Of a stretch of DNA of 64,000 bases, positions 1-13,900 are shown one piece after another. Position 1 is the stretch's first letter. The number at the start of each line of letters is the position of its first letter. This stretch comes from a virus. The DNA is taken from IMG/VR virus record IMGVR_UViG_3300005913_000002; one strand, written 5' to 3'. The notes below the pieces were generated by a model. It worked only from the letters and a program-made list of their open reading frames with translations. It had not been told where the DNA came from and searched no databases. The position numbers and the translations under genes are program-made.

Positions 1-2
1 GT

Positions 3-3000
3 GTTACAGCAGGAGAAGCATACGCCGGCGGATCTGCAATTATAGGTGAAGTAGATGAAACAGTTGCCGGATTTACATATCTAGCATCATTGGTTAGAGA
101 TGTAGTACTACAAAATCAAATCATTGATGGATATCAAAATACATTAACTCAAACTACAACATCAACGCTAGTAGGCACTAATGCATCTGTTGAAGCAATG
201 ACTAATAATGTTGCTTTGATTAATTCATTAATACAAGGAACTGCAGGATCATCTCCTACAGTTATAAACAACGGACAGATAACTACTAATCAAGGCATTT
301 TGGATAGTTATGCCCTATTAGAAGCCAACAAAGAATTTTTGCAAACTGAAGTAGTTAATTATATCAATGTATCATTTACTAATTTAGATTTTGTTTATAA
401 TGCGGATAAGTGTGAAAGAGATACTGGATTAATTGTTGACAGCCTTTCAATGGATTTGTTGTATCAAAGTAATAGTAACTCAACATTTGCCGGACTTCAA
501 TACTGGAATCAAGATAATTTTGCAAGTGAAATTGCAGGAGAAGTTACTACAACTACTAATGCATTTGCATATGCAAGCAATATTTGCCAAGACATCATAC
601 AAAATTTTACTGTTACTCCGTTCCAAACTGATATTGACCAAGACTTTAGCACAACTGCTTCTACTACAGCAGAAGCAATTGCATTGTCAACTAACTTTAA
701 CAAAATAATAGATATTATTACAAATGGTCCAGCAGGAATAACTGACGATATTGTACCAAACGATGTAGCATCTAATTCAGATAATATTGTTTGGGCAGTA
801 GAAAATTTAACTAAAAATAAAGAATTCATTCAAGAAGAAGTTGTAGCCTGGGTAGAAGCAAATAAAGATTCAGGGTTTGTGTACGATCAAGAATTATGTC
901 GTAGAGATGCAGGATATATTGTTGACTGTGTAACTTTAGATTTATTACATGGCGGCAATAGACAAAGTATTCAAGCAGGTGTATATTACTACGGATACGA
1001 TAGCACAAGTACAGTATTAATTAACGAAATTCCTCAAACTGTTGCTGCATATGCATACATGAAACAACTAATTGAAAAAGTTGTTCAACGCATTTCTGCC
1101 ACTAAAACGTATCAATCAGAAGTTGAACAAAATTTAGATACTACTGGTGCAACATTACAAGAAGCAAGATTTATTTCTAATAATTTAGATATCATTAGAA
1201 ATATTATTAGACAAGGTCCCAATGTTGCTCCTCCTAAAGTACCGTTGCCTACAACTGCAAGCACATTGCCTAACGTTTTTAATGCTTATCGATTATTAAA
1301 TGCAAATAGAGATTTTATTAAAGCAGAAGTTGTTGCATATGTAGATACTACTTTTATTCAACCTTACGAATTTAGATATAATGAACCTAAATGTTTCCGT
1401 GACGTAGGACTTATTATAGATTCAATTGCATTTGATATTACTAGACGATCAAATGTAAATTCATTAGAAGCGGGATTGGCATACTGGGACGGAGCAGTAA
1501 GTGTTATTGATGGGCAGTTAGGAGAAACTGCTGGAGCAATACAGTATACAAAAAATTTAGCGTTAGAAATTATTGCCAATAATCCAGTAACATCTTTTTA
1601 TCAAACTACTCGTGAGATATTAATACCTGGCACAAGTTCTACAACTGTAACTTCATTAGTATCTCAAATTATTAATCCGGAATTAAACGGAGGCGGTATT
1701 GCACGAAACTTAGTAGACAGTAATTTTAATGCAATTACTACTATTATTAAAGAAGGACCTGCGTTTGCACCGTTTAGTACAGAATCAACACTAACACAAT
1801 TTATTATACATTTAAGTACTTCTACAATTGCTACAGCAACTAATGATCTTATGTACTTTGGTGAAGTTACTACATACCCTGTTGAAGATAAAAAAATGCC
1901 AGGAGAATGGAGCGAAAACGGTTTTGCAGATCGTCGTCTTAATCCAAATGGTTCTGGAGGTGGAGCCTTAGTTGACGGTAACGCTCCAAGCCGTACAAGT
2001 CCAATTCAATCATTTGTGTTTGATGCGTTCACGCAAATTACGCAAGGCGGCCGAGGAATACATATTATTAACGAAGGTTATGCACAGTTGGTTTCGGTGT
2101 TTACTATTTTCTGCGATCAAGCAGTAACTGTAGAAAGTGGAGGCATTGCATCTGTTACAAACTCAAACAATAACTTTGGTGATTTGACATTATTAGCAAC
2201 AGGGTATGGTCCGAGAAAATTTGGCGGTACTATATATAATCCTAAAAATATTGCATACAACCCAGTAGATAATATATTTGAACCTAATGAATATTTTCCG
2301 TTAGGTTATTTTCCAACTAATCAACAAATTTGCGTATTTGTTCCTGATCCTGACAATCGTCCACATATTAGTTTAGTAATGGAAATTCAACCTCCTGATA
2401 AATTTGTAAATTATGATAACGAAGTTGTTCCTTATGTTAATGCTGAAGGATTTCCAGGATTTTTAACTGCTATTGCTAATACAACAACATTAACTACAAG
2501 TAGTTACACTATTAGCGGTATTGACACTACTGGCATTGCTGTAGGTCAAACAATATATGTAAGAGATCAATTTGGATACCAAGCAGACGATAATGGCGAA
2601 GGAGAGCAATACATTACTACTGGTACAACAGTTGTTGATGTTACTTTTCAAACTATACATTTAAGTAATCCAATTAATCAGGGTGGCGGCCAGTATGATA
2701 ATCCGTTCTACTTTAATATATATGCTTGCGGTAACGCTTACTACAACGTACTAACAAGTATTATTGCATCTAGTCCTTATCCAACAGGACAGAGTAAAAT
2801 TCTTGGACAAGAAACTGAAACTATCTCAGCAATCAATTATATGAAAGCAGTTACAAACAATGTTATTCAAAATATTGCAATGACTGCTACATTTTCATCT
2901 GCTACTATACAAGTAATTGATACAAGTTTACCGGGCGGCAATAATGCATTAGGACTAATTGAATCTAATATAGGTATCATTACTAATGTTATTCTGTCAG

Positions 3001-4544
3001 GACCCCAAGCAGCCCCTGAAGTTGCAACAACTGGGACTGCAATTCCTTTTAAAGAAAATATTGTTCAATTGATAGAAAAAAATAGATATTTTATCATGGA
3101 CGAAGTAGTTGGATTTGTTGATACTACTTTTGGCGGATTTCAATACAATGAAATAAAATGTGAAAGAGATACCGGATTAATTGTTGAAGCGTTGGCATTT
3201 GACTTGTTGTACGAAGGTACTTCACAAAGTACATTTGCCGGACTACAATATTGGAATCAAGGTAACTATACCGGTTCAGTTGTAGATGAGATTACTACTA
3301 CTACTGATGCAATTAATTATGCAAAAAGCCTTTCAGTAAGTATTGTACAAGCAGCATCAAATTCTACTGTTGCACAAACTGTGTCTAATAGATTTGATGA
3401 TATCACTAATTTGTTGACAAACGGTATAGACGGTGTAACTGATACTATAATTTCTAATAGTACTGCTACTTCTGATTCAAATATTATAGCAGGGTATGAT
3501 GCATTGATTGCAAACAAATCAGCAATTCAAACAAATACTATAAATTGGATTAATGCCAACTACCCTGGATTTAGTTACGATACTGTTACTTGCGAACGTG
3601 ACGTAGGATACATTATCGACAGTGTTGCATTTGATTTATTACATGGTGGCAACAAACAAAGCATAACAAGCGGAGTTTATTACTACGGTTACACGGGCAG
3701 TACTGCTATACCGAATGAAATACCTCAAACTACTGCTGCATATAATTTTATTAAAGCAATAGTAGGTGATATTGTAACAGGCACACCGATTAGTCCTAAG
3801 TTTCAATCTGCTGTAGCACAAGTTACTAACTTAGAACCTGCTACTGAAACAGAAGCAGTTATTATTAGATCAAATGTTGATTTAATTACAAATATTATTA
3901 ACACAGGCCCTGTAGGAATTTCTCAAGTACCAATTGGGTTGACTGCATCAACTTCAACTGCTGTACAACAAGCATTTGATTTGCTAATTGCAAATAAAGA
4001 ATTTATTAAAGCAGAAGTTATTGCATATATTGACAACGAGTTTGGTAGTTTTGAATATAACAGACAAAAATGTCGAAGAGATGTTGGATTAATTATTAAT
4101 GCTTTACAAGCAGATATTTTATCTGGCGGTAATTTTAGAGCAGTAGAAGCAGCAAAAACTTATTACTCTAAAGAAGGTACTTATCATATTGTTACATTAG
4201 AAGACAATGTAAGAGATCAATTATTATTTGTTGATGGTTGTACAGTAAACTTCTATCAACGTTCATACATGAGTGCTAGTGGCTACTTGTTTGAATATTG
4301 TGGCGCAGGCACTAACTACGGTGCTTTACCCCAAGTAGGCAGAGTTGATCCAAATCAGAGCAAGGAAGTAGTTCAGTTAAATAATGGTAAGGTGTTCTTT
4401 ACATCAACAGACCAAAACGGAGATTTCCGAATTGGTCCTGGTTTAGTAATTAGTCAAGCAACTGGCGTGCTAAGTGGAAGAACATTTGAGAAGAGTTTAT
4501 TTGCACAGATGACACCATTCATCTTAGCAGTTGAAGCAGGTTAA
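3..4544 (+). CDS. Giant virion structural protein with CxRD helical repeats and a beta-rich domain (5' truncated)
   Basis: The frame of ORF 90..4544 stays open back to base 3 (VTAGEAYAGG...), so the true start lies upstream of the window. Six C-x-R-D-x-G repeats; paralogous to 4981..14226 including the C-terminus FTSTDQNGDFRIGP...FEKSL. Confidence 0.75.
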   Translation, partial: VTAGEAYAGGSAIIGEVDETVAGFTYLASLVRDVVLQNQIIDGYQNTLTQTTTSTLVGTNASVEAMTNNVALINSLIQGTAGSSPTVINNGQITTNQGILDSYALLEANKEFLQTEVVNYINVSFTNLDFVYNADKCERDTGLIVDSLSMDLLYQSNSNSTFAGLQYWNQDNFASEIAGEVTTTTNAFAYASNICQDIIQNFTVTPFQTDIDQDFSTTASTTAEAIALSTNFNKIIDIITNGPAGITDDIVPNDVASNSDNIVWAVENLTKNKEFIQEEVVAWVEANKDSGFVYDQELCRRDAGYIVDCVTLDLLHGGNRQSIQAGVYYYGYDSTSTVLINEIPQTVAAYAYMKQLIEKVVQRISATKTYQSEVEQNLDTTGATLQEARFISNNLDIIRNIIRQGPNVAPPKVPLPTTASTLPNVFNAYRLLNANRDFIKAEVVAYVDTTFIQPYEFRYNEPKCFRDVGLIIDSIAFDITRRSNVNSLEAGLAYWDGAVSVIDGQLGETAGAIQYTKNLALEIIANNPVTSFYQTTREILIPGTSSTTVTSLVSQIINPELNGGGIARNLVDSNFNAITTIIKEGPAFAPFSTESTLTQFIIHLSTSTIATATNDLMYFGEVTTYPVEDKKMPGEWSENGFADRRLNPNGSGGGALVDGNAPSRTSPIQSFVFDAFTQITQGGRGIHIINEGYAQLVSVFTIFCDQAVTVESGGIASVTNSNNNFGDLTLLATGYGPRKFGGTIYNPKNIAYNPVDNIFEPNEYFPLGYFPTNQQICVFVPDPDNRPHISLVMEIQPPDKFVNYDNEVVPYVNAEGFPGFLTAIANTTTLTTSSYTISGIDTTGIAVGQTIYVRDQFGYQADDNGEGEQYITTGTTVVDVTFQTIHLSNPINQGGGQYDNPFYFNIYACGNAYYNVLTSIIASSPYPTGQSKILGQETETISAINYMKAVTNNVIQNIAMTATFSSATIQVIDTSLPGGNNALGLIESNIGIITNVILSGPQAAPEVATTGTAIPFKENIVQLIEKNRYFIMDEVVGFVDTTFGGFQYNEIKCERDTGLIVEALAFDLLYEGTSQSTFAGLQYWNQGNYTGSVVDEITTTTDAINYAKSLSVSIVQAASNSTVAQTVSNRFDDITNLLTNGIDGVTDTIISNSTATSDSNIIAGYDALIANKSAIQTNTINWINANYPGFSYDTVTCERDVGYIIDSVAFDLLHGGNKQSITSGVYYYGYTGSTAIPNEIPQTTAAYNFIKAIVGDIVTGTPISPKFQSAVAQVTNLEPATETEAVIIRSNVDLITNIINTGPVGISQVPIGLTASTSTAVQQAFDLLIANKEFIKAEVIAYIDNEFGSFEYNRQKCRRDVGLIINALQADILSGGNFRAVEAAKTYYSKEGTYHIVTLEDNVRDQLLFVDGCTVNFYQRSYMSASGYLFEYCGAGTNYGALPQVGRVDPNQSKEVVQLNNGKVFFTSTDQNGDFRIGPGLVISQATGVLSGRTFEKSLFAQMTPFILAVEAG

Positions 4545-4562
4545 GAATAAAGGAAACATATT

Positions 4563-4949
4563 ATGGCATTAATTCCATTAAACACATTTAAGACAAAAAC
4601 AAGAGTTTTAGATACAAATACAACAGCATCAGTATATGTTGCACCAATTGGCGTTACATCTATTGTGTTAATGGCTCAAGTTGCAAACACAGATCCTAGT
4701 GCATCTCACACTATTACATTTAGTCATCACAGACGATTTAGAGTATTGCCAGATGCACAAGGAAATAACGCACAAGATCCTAACGTTACTACAGAATTAG
4801 TAATGGACTTTGAAATTCCGCCAAATGATTCTGCAAGTTTAATTACTGGTAAAATGATTTTAGAAGCACAAGATAGTATTCGTGCATACGCAGACTCAAA
4901 CGGTCCTCTAAAACTTGTATTAAGTATCTTAGAAACAGCCAATAACTAA
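4563..4949 (+). CDS. Small beta-rich protein, probably virion-associated
   Basis: 128-aa ORF with AAGGA RBS, lying between two giant paralogues. Function inferred from context only. Confidence 0.55.
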   Translation: MALIPLNTFKTKTRVLDTNTTASVYVAPIGVTSIVLMAQVANTDPSASHTITFSHHRRFRVLPDAQGNNAQDPNVTTELVMDFEIPPNDSASLITGKMILEAQDSIRAYADSNGPLKLVLSILETANN

Positions 4950-4980
4950 TAGTAATTTTTGATTTTTAAAGAGAACACTA

Positions 4981-7900
4981 ATGCCACGTTTATTAAGTAA
5001 TAGAAGACCTGTATTAAGACCAGAAGATTTAAAAGAAGATCGATGGGATTATCTAAATTTAGAAAATGCACAACCTGCATTAGGAGTAGCACCTACGGCT
5101 AATGAAGGTTATACATTACAAACTGACGAAGATGGCAAAGTAACTTGGACAAATACGTTAGGTAGGTTAGCGTTTGAAGATCAAACAATTACTGCGACTG
5201 AAAACGGTACAGACATTACTATAAGTGGCATCGATACAGAATCTGAAATTATTTTAAGTCCGTTTCAACGACTACAAATAAATGGCGACGCAGTAGTTAC
5301 TGGTGATTTTACAGTAGAAGGAAATCCTTTAGGTACTTATCCTATTGTTCCGCAAACATTATATGTTACTCCTGATGGCGATGATAGAAATGACGGATCT
5401 GCATTAGATGCAAGTCGTGCGTGTCGTACTATTAGTGGTGCTGTTCGTAGTCCTTTGTACATTCCGGGAACATCTATTAAAGTTGCAGCAGGCGCATACT
5501 TTGAAGATAATCCAATTCCTTTAAAACCTTATACTTCTGTTGTTGGTAACGATTTACGGACAACTTTTATTGAACCGTTAAATAAAGATTTAGATTTATT
5601 TCACGTAAACAGTGGCGTTTATATTGCTCAGATGCAAATGCGTAATTTACGCAGGGGCGAAGTAGAACGATATGCACCTGGCGGCGCAGGCACGTATACT
5701 ACAGGTGCTTATGCAGTGGCATTTCCGCCGAGCCTGGATAATCCAATTGACTTATACCATTCTCCTTACATTCAAAACTGTACTAACCAATCCGGGCCTT
5801 GGCTAAAAGATGGAACAATGTTTGTTCCAAACCAAACTGTACAAATTCCTTTAGGCGCAGGGACTAGTACATGGGTCGCTAATCAATCTACTATTACTGT
5901 GACATTGTACACAGGAACAGTTGCAGTTGGCATGGCAGTAAACGATGAAGCAAACGAAGGATACCGTAACGCTCAATTGTTACTACAAAGAAATAAAACA
6001 TTCTTACAAAGTCAAGTAGTTGCTTGGATTAATAATGAGTATCCAGGTTTAGATTACAACCAAGATTCGTGCTATCGTGATGTAGGGTTTATTATTGATG
6101 CAGTATCAGGAGATGCTAGATTTGGCGGAAATAAACGAAGTATTGAAGCAGGCTTAGCATACTGGAGCGGTGTAACAACATTAATTCCTGGAGAAATAAA
6201 TGAAACTGCAAATGCAATTCAATATTTAAAATCCATATCTGCAGATGTTGTTATTAACAATGCAACATCAGTTACTTTATACAGCACATCTACTAATCAA
6301 GTTATAGATTTAAATCTTGATAAAGGTTCAGTTGTACAAACACGTATTGCTACAAGTTATGATTTAATTTCTACTATCGTAACTAACGGAGAAATCGCAG
6401 TACCTAATACAGTAGATGATTTAGTAGGATTAATATATCCTACAGGGCTAAGTCCTAATGAAGTTAACGTAGCATCTACTGTTACATCAGTTAACATGAT
6501 TGCTCAAAATACTTACGAAGTAATGTTAAGTAGGCCAACTGTGGCTGCAAGTGATGATGCAAGAATTTATTTTGGATACACTACTACCTATCCTTACTTA
6601 GATGCAGAAGTTCCGCCGGAGTGGCAAGTTGATGACGGCGAACAATACGCTATTAGAACTTTAGATCCAACCGGTGCTGGAGGTGGAGCCCTAGTTGACG
6701 GTAACGCTCCCAGTGAGCGTAGCCCAATTCAATCATTTGTGTTTGATGCGTTCACGCAATTGAACCAAGGTGGTAATGGTATACATATTATCAACAACGG
6801 CTACGCACAGTTAGTTTCTGTGTTTACAATTTTTTGCTCTAACGCAGTTATTGTTGAAAATGGAGGCATTGCTTCCATTACTAACTCTAACAGTAACTTT
6901 GGTGATACATGTTTAACTGCTAAAGGATTAGGCAAACTTGCAAGTCAAGGATTTGTCCGAAACCCCGCATACCCTACAAACGTTCCAAACGGAGAATATT
7001 ATCCGCTAGGTTTTTGGCCAAACAGTCAGCAAATGGAAGTATTTCTTCCTAACGATCTAGATCGTCCGCACATCGGTCAAGTTATGGAAGTAGTTCCACC
7101 TGATACATATATTGATTTTGCAGGAAATCGTGTTCCGTATGTTAATGAAGTAGGATATCCTGGTTACTTGGTCTCTACTTCTAATACCGGTTCTATTACA
7201 ACTAGCAGTTATATTATTAGCGGCATTGATGTTACTAACATTGCAGTAGGTCATACTCTGTATATTCGAGATGTATATGGTTCTGAAGTTCATCCAGAAA
7301 CTGGAGAACCTTATGTAACTACTGGTACTCAAGTTGTTGATGTACAATTTAAAACAGTAGTTTTAGACCGTCCAATTCTAAACGGATATACTGACACTAA
7401 TTTTAATTATTTTAATCTGTATTTTGCAGGAAATGCTTACTACACAGTGTTATCTAGCACAATCGATAGTGCGCTATCATCGACTGTGTCTAATCAAGTT
7501 ACTCTAGTACCCGGACAAGAAACTACAACAAGTTTAGCAGTAAGTTATGCTAAAGATATTGCATTAAGAGTTATTCAAAATGTTCCTATAACTGGATTTG
7601 TGTACGACAAAGTAAAATGTGCTCGAGATACTGGTATTATTGTAGACACAGTTGTTGCAGATTTAATGTTTAGCGGTACAGGACCATTTACTCAAGCAAA
7701 CTTTTCTGGATTGCAATATTGGAATCAAGATGGGTATGTCGGCGATATTGCTAACGAATTAACCACTACTACTAATGCAATCAAATACGTAAAAGAACTA
7801 GCCTATAACGTTGTATTAGGTAACACAACTTCTACACCTTATCAATCTACTGTAACGCAAAATTTAAGTTTACCAGTTGCTACAGGCACAGAAGCCTCTG

Positions 7901-10900
7901 CAATCAGAACTGATTTTCAAGTTATCATAGACATATTGGAAAATGGCACTGCTGGCGTAACTGATATTGTAGTTGCAAATGGAATCGATATATTAAATGC
8001 AGATGCACAAAAGGCCTACGATTTATTACAAATTAATAAAAGTTTTATTCAAGCAGAAGCAGTTGCTTATGTAGAAAGTACTAAAGAAAGCGGATTTGAA
8101 TACGATCAAGAAAAATGCCTACGTGATGTAGGATATATGATTGATTCAGTCGCCCACGATACTTTATACGGCGGAAATAGACAGGCGATTCAAAGCGGTG
8201 TATTCTATTACGGATTCTCAAATACTCAAAGTGCGGTCGAAAACGAACAAGCACAAACTTCAGCAGCGTTTAATAAACTAAAAGAAATTATTCCTCTTAT
8301 TATTACTAATGTAGAAATTACTCCTACTATTAATAATACAGCAACTCAGATAACAAATTTAACAAGTTCTACTATTGCAGTTGCAGGTATTACTAATAAT
8401 ATTATAAGTTTAATAACTGATATAATTACAGAAGGACCAGATGTAGCAATTGAAGGATTGCCAATTGGCCAAACACGAACTACTAATATAGATACAGAAG
8501 CAGCCGCAACTATACTTCTTGCAAACAGAGACTTTATTAAATCAGAGACTATTGCATGGGTAGACAAATATTACGGAACAGGTTTTGTTTATGATCAAGC
8601 CAAATGCTACCGTGATACCGGGTTAATTGTTGATGCTATCGCAACTGACTTATTGTATCCTACTGATGAAAAAAGTCAAACTACTTTTGCTGGATTGCAG
8701 TATTGGAACCAAGCAGGGTATATTGGAGACATTTCTAGAGAACTTACTACTACAACTAATGCAATTAAGTATGCAAAAACTGTAGCAGCCGAAGTTGTTC
8801 AAGGAATTACTACAGGTACAAGATACCAAAGCACTGTTACACAAAATGCAGCAAGCACTTTTGCAACTGCTGTTGAAGGAAATATTGTTGCGGCAGATTT
8901 TGATGTGATTATTGACATTTTAGTTGACGGTACTGCCGGTGTAACTGACAAAATCGTTCCAAATGGTGTACAATCTATCGACACTGCAACAATTAATGCA
9001 TACACATTACTTGTTAACAATAAAGAATATATTCAAAGCGAAACTATTGCTTATATTGAAGCAACTAAATTTGATTACGACGAAGAAAAATGTTATAGAG
9101 ATAGTGGTCTAATTGTAGACGCTATTGCATTAGATTTATTATACCCAACTGATACTTACAGTCAGTCAACTTTTGCAGGCCTTCAGTACTGGGATCAGAA
9201 CGGTTACACAGGTAGCATTGCTGGAGAATTAACAACAACTACTAATGCTATTACTTACGTCAGCGCTCTTGCACAATTAATTGTTCAAAATGATGAAAGC
9301 GGCACACGCTACCAGAGTACTGTTACTCAAAATACAAGTTTAGATGCAGCATCGTCGGCTGCTGCGTTAATAATTGATACTGATTTTGCAGTAATCACTG
9401 ATATATTAACTAACGGCACTGATGGAGTAACGGATACTATTGTTCCTAACAATATTGCGGAAAGCACTGTTACTGATGTTATTAATGCTTACAATTTATT
9501 AGTTCTTAACAAAGAATATCTGCAAGCCGAAGCAGTTGCATATGTAGAAAGCACAAAGACTAGTGAGTTCGAATATGATCAAGAGTTATGTTTCCGTGAT
9601 ATTGGATACATAGTTGACTCAGTTGCATTTGATTTACTGCACAGCGGAAATAAACAAGCAGTTCAAAGTGGTGTTTACTACTACAGTTTTAATGCCAACA
9701 GCACAGCAATTCCTAACGAAATTCCACAGACTCTGCAGGCATTTAACTTTATTAAAGAAATATCTCAGCGCATTGTAACAAATACAACTGGAACAAATTA
9801 TCAAAGTACTGTTACTCAAAATACTAGTTTAACTGCTGCAACAAGTTTTGAATCAGAAATTTTAGGAAGAGCAATTAATACTATTACTAATATTATTAGT
9901 GATGGACCTAGCGTAGTAACTGCAAAAACTCCTATTAGTTTAGATGCTAGCGGCGATGTAAACAAACTTCGTGCAGCATTGATACTAGAAATCAATAGAG
10001 ATTATATTCAAGCAGAAACTGTTGCATTTGTAAATCAAACTCAGCGATTTATATACGATCAAGAGTTATGTTTCCGTGATGTCGGATACATGGTTGACTC
10101 AGTTGCGTTTGACTTATTGCATCCTTTACATGACGGTATACCTAGTAATAGACAGGCAATTCAAAGCGGTGTATACTATTACGGTTTTAGTGATACATCA
10201 AGTGCAATTGCAGGAGAAATACCACAAACTACTGCGGCGTATAATTTTATTAAAGGATTATTGCCATACGTTGTAACAGGCGAAAATGCAATTCCTCAGC
10301 AGCCGTTTATTACACAAACTACAAGTACATCAGTGGGTACAAGTAATGAAATTTTAGATGTTCAAAATAGTATTGATACTATTGTAAACATCATTAATAA
10401 CGGTCCTGGAGTTGCAAACGAAAAAGTACCTGTAAGTTTAACAAAAGACACTAGTACAGATGTATATAATGCATATCAATTGCTGGTTGCTAACAGACAG
10501 TTTATACAAGAAGAAACTATTGCTTATATTAATAATAATTTTAAATTTGGAAGTTATCAAAATATTACTGAACAAGTATTTGATTACGATCTTAGTGGCG
10601 GCGAACGAGCATTAACTTCATTGGAAGAAAAATTTGATATTATTGCTGATATTATTAAGGATGGTGCAGACTCAAGTCCAACAATACGTAAGCCTAGACA
10701 GTATGTTGATAGCAACCAAGGTGTATTAAATGCTAGAAGATTATTAGAAAAGAATAGAAACTTTATTCAAGAAGAAGTTGTTGCCTATGTTGATAATTTA
10801 TGGCCTAGCAAGTTTAGTTACGATCCTGTTAAATGTAGTCGTGACACAGGATTAATTGTTGATGCACTTGCTCAAGATATATTATTTGACGGCAACACCC

Positions 10901-13900
10901 AATCGACATTTGCCGGGTTACAGTATTGGAATCAAGATACTGTACTTTTTCCTAGTGAGCAAACAACAACAACTAATGCTGTTCGTTATCTAAAAGATAT
11001 TGCAACAAAGGTAATAACAAATAACACTAGCGGTTACAGATACTCTACTAGTACACAGATTGAAAATACAAGTACTGCAACAATTGCTGTAATTTCTAAT
11101 ATACAGGCAGGATTTGATCTTATAATCGACATCTTAGAAAATGGAACAGCCAGAATTACTGACCGTATTGTTCCGAATAATTTAAATCAAAGTGAAATAT
11201 TGGCTGTTCGTTCTGCATACGAATCATTGCAGTCCAATAAGAGTTCAATACAAACCGAAGTTGTTGAATATATCGATCAAACAAATAATTTTGTTTACGA
11301 TGAGGCAAAATGTTTTCGTGACACTGGGTTAATTGTTGATGCTATTGCATTAGATATGAAGTATCCGACTACTGGCGACAGTCAATCAACATTTGCAGGT
11401 TTACAGTATTGGAATCAAGGCGGATACACTGGGTCAATTGCTAGTGAATTAACCACTACTACAAATGCAATTAATTATCTAAGCGGTCTTGCACAAAAAG
11501 TTATTGTTAATAGTCTAACTGGTACTCGTTATCAATCTACAGTTACTCAAACAACTAGTACAAGTGTAGGTACCGCAGCCGAATCTGCAATTATTGGTAC
11601 TAACTTTACATTTATTACTGATATTTTAACAACAGGCACAACAGGAATTACTGATTTAATTGTTCCAAATGGCAGACCAAGTCTAAATGCTAATGTTTCT
11701 AATGCATACAATTTGCTAATTGAAAACAAAGAATATTTACAAGCAGAAGTAGTTGCATATGTAGAAAGCACTAAAGAGGAAGGATTTGAATACAATCAAG
11801 ATAAATGTTTCCGTGATGTAGGATACATGGTAGATAGTGTTGCATTTGATCTAGTACATGGAGGAAATAAACAAAGTATACAAAGTGGTTTTTATTATTA
11901 CGGATACGATTCAACAAGCACAGCAATTGTTAACGAAATACCTCAAACAACTGCTGCTTACAATAGAATTAAAGAAATTATACCGTTTATTGTTCAGAAC
12001 GAAATTGTATCTGTAAGTCAAGGCAACACAGCAACGCAGGTAACATATATGTTACCTGCTACTATAACACAGGTAGGCGTACTACAAACTAAAATTGATA
12101 GAATTACTGAAATAATTAACAATGGTCCAAGTGCTGCTCCTGAATTAGAACCAATAAGTTTAACTGCTGATACTGATCCGTTAGTAGATCGTGCATATGA
12201 TATTTTAGTTGCAAACAGAGATTTTATTAAAGCAGAAATAGTTGCATATGTTAATCAACAATTTACTGGATTTGAATATGATAGAGAAAAATGTTTCCGT
12301 GATGTAGGTTACATGTTAGATTCTGTAAGTTTTGATCTGTTGTATAGTGGTAACAGGCAGGCTGTGCAAAGTGGTGTTTATTATTACGGATACGATTCAA
12401 CAAGCACAGCAATACCAAAAGAAATTCCTCAAACAACTGCTGCTTACAATTTCATTGAAAGAATTGTGGGAGATATTGTAACTGGTACATTAATAACAAC
12501 TCCACAACAATATACTGTTGTTCAAGTTGTTAGCGATGATGTAGCAAGCGAAGATGAAGCACAAATGATTCGTGACAATGTAAACTTTATTAATTCAATT
12601 ATAGAATTTGGTCCAGATCAAGTTACGGTTAAGGAACCAATTAGTATTACAGAAACACAAGACGTAAAAATGCGAAATGCTGCATATTTGTTAAATGCTA
12701 ACAGAGAATTTATTCGTGCAGAAACAATTGCATTTATTAATAACACATATCAAACTGGTTTCTTATATGATAAAACTAAGTGCCAACGTGATACTGGATT
12801 AATTGTTGATAGCATTGCATTTGACTTATTGCACGACGGTGTGACTGAAAGTACATTTGCCGGATTGCAATATTGGAATCAAGATACATATGTTGGGTCA
12901 GTAAGAGGCGAAATTACAACAACTACAAATTCTATCCGTTACATTAAAGAATTAGTAGCAGATGTAATTGTTAACAATGAAATTAGTTCAACTGTTGGTA
13001 ATACTGCTACTCAAAATACAAGTTTACCTGCAACTACCGTTGGTATTGCAACGTTAGTAACAGGCAATGTTGATATTATTTTAAATATTTTAGCAAATGG
13101 CACGGCAGGAGTAACAGATATTATTGTTCCTGATAGTACTTCTTCTAATAGAGAAGATATTAATCGTGGATATAACTTATTAATGGCAAATAAAGAATTT
13201 ATCCAAGATGAAGTAATTGCCAGAATTGATTATGACAACACTGAATTTGATTATGATAGAACAGTTTGCCGCCGAGATATAGGATACATTGTTGATAGTC
13301 TAGCATTTGACTTGTTGCACGAAGGCAATAGACAAAGTGTAACAAGCGGAGTTTACTATTATGGATTTGATGCAGCCGACACCGTAATCGATAATCAAGT
13401 TTCTCAAACAACTGCTGCGTATGATAGAATTAAAGATATTGTAGGAAGTATTGTTAAAGCAGAAGCAGTTAATCAAACATATCAATATAAAGTTAAACAA
13501 GTATTGAGTACGAATACTGCTACTGATTCAGAAGTAGTTGTTTTACAAGAAAAAATTGACATCATTACTGACATTATTAACAACGGTCCAGAACAAGCAG
13601 GAGCACAAACTCCAATCGATCATGTTGCAAGTACAAGTACTTCAGTTATTAATGCATTTGATTTATTAATTGCAAATAAAAACTTTATTAAAGCAGAAGT
13701 TGTTGCATATATTGATGCGAAATATACTGATACTCCTAATTATGACAGAGATAAGTGTTATAGAGATGTAGGCGCTATTATTGATGCAGTAGGTTACGAT
13801 GTTGCTTATGGCGGTAATTATAATTCAGTTAATACAGGTAACGGTTATTTTAATAGAAAAGGTCAGTATCATATTGTTCGATTAGAACAAAACGTTACTG

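Noticed and set aside
2016-2040. VFDAFTQ resembling the phycocyanin beta N-terminus (MFDAFTK)
   Set aside because: It lies in the beta-rich domain, not in register with the helical repeats; probably coincidence.
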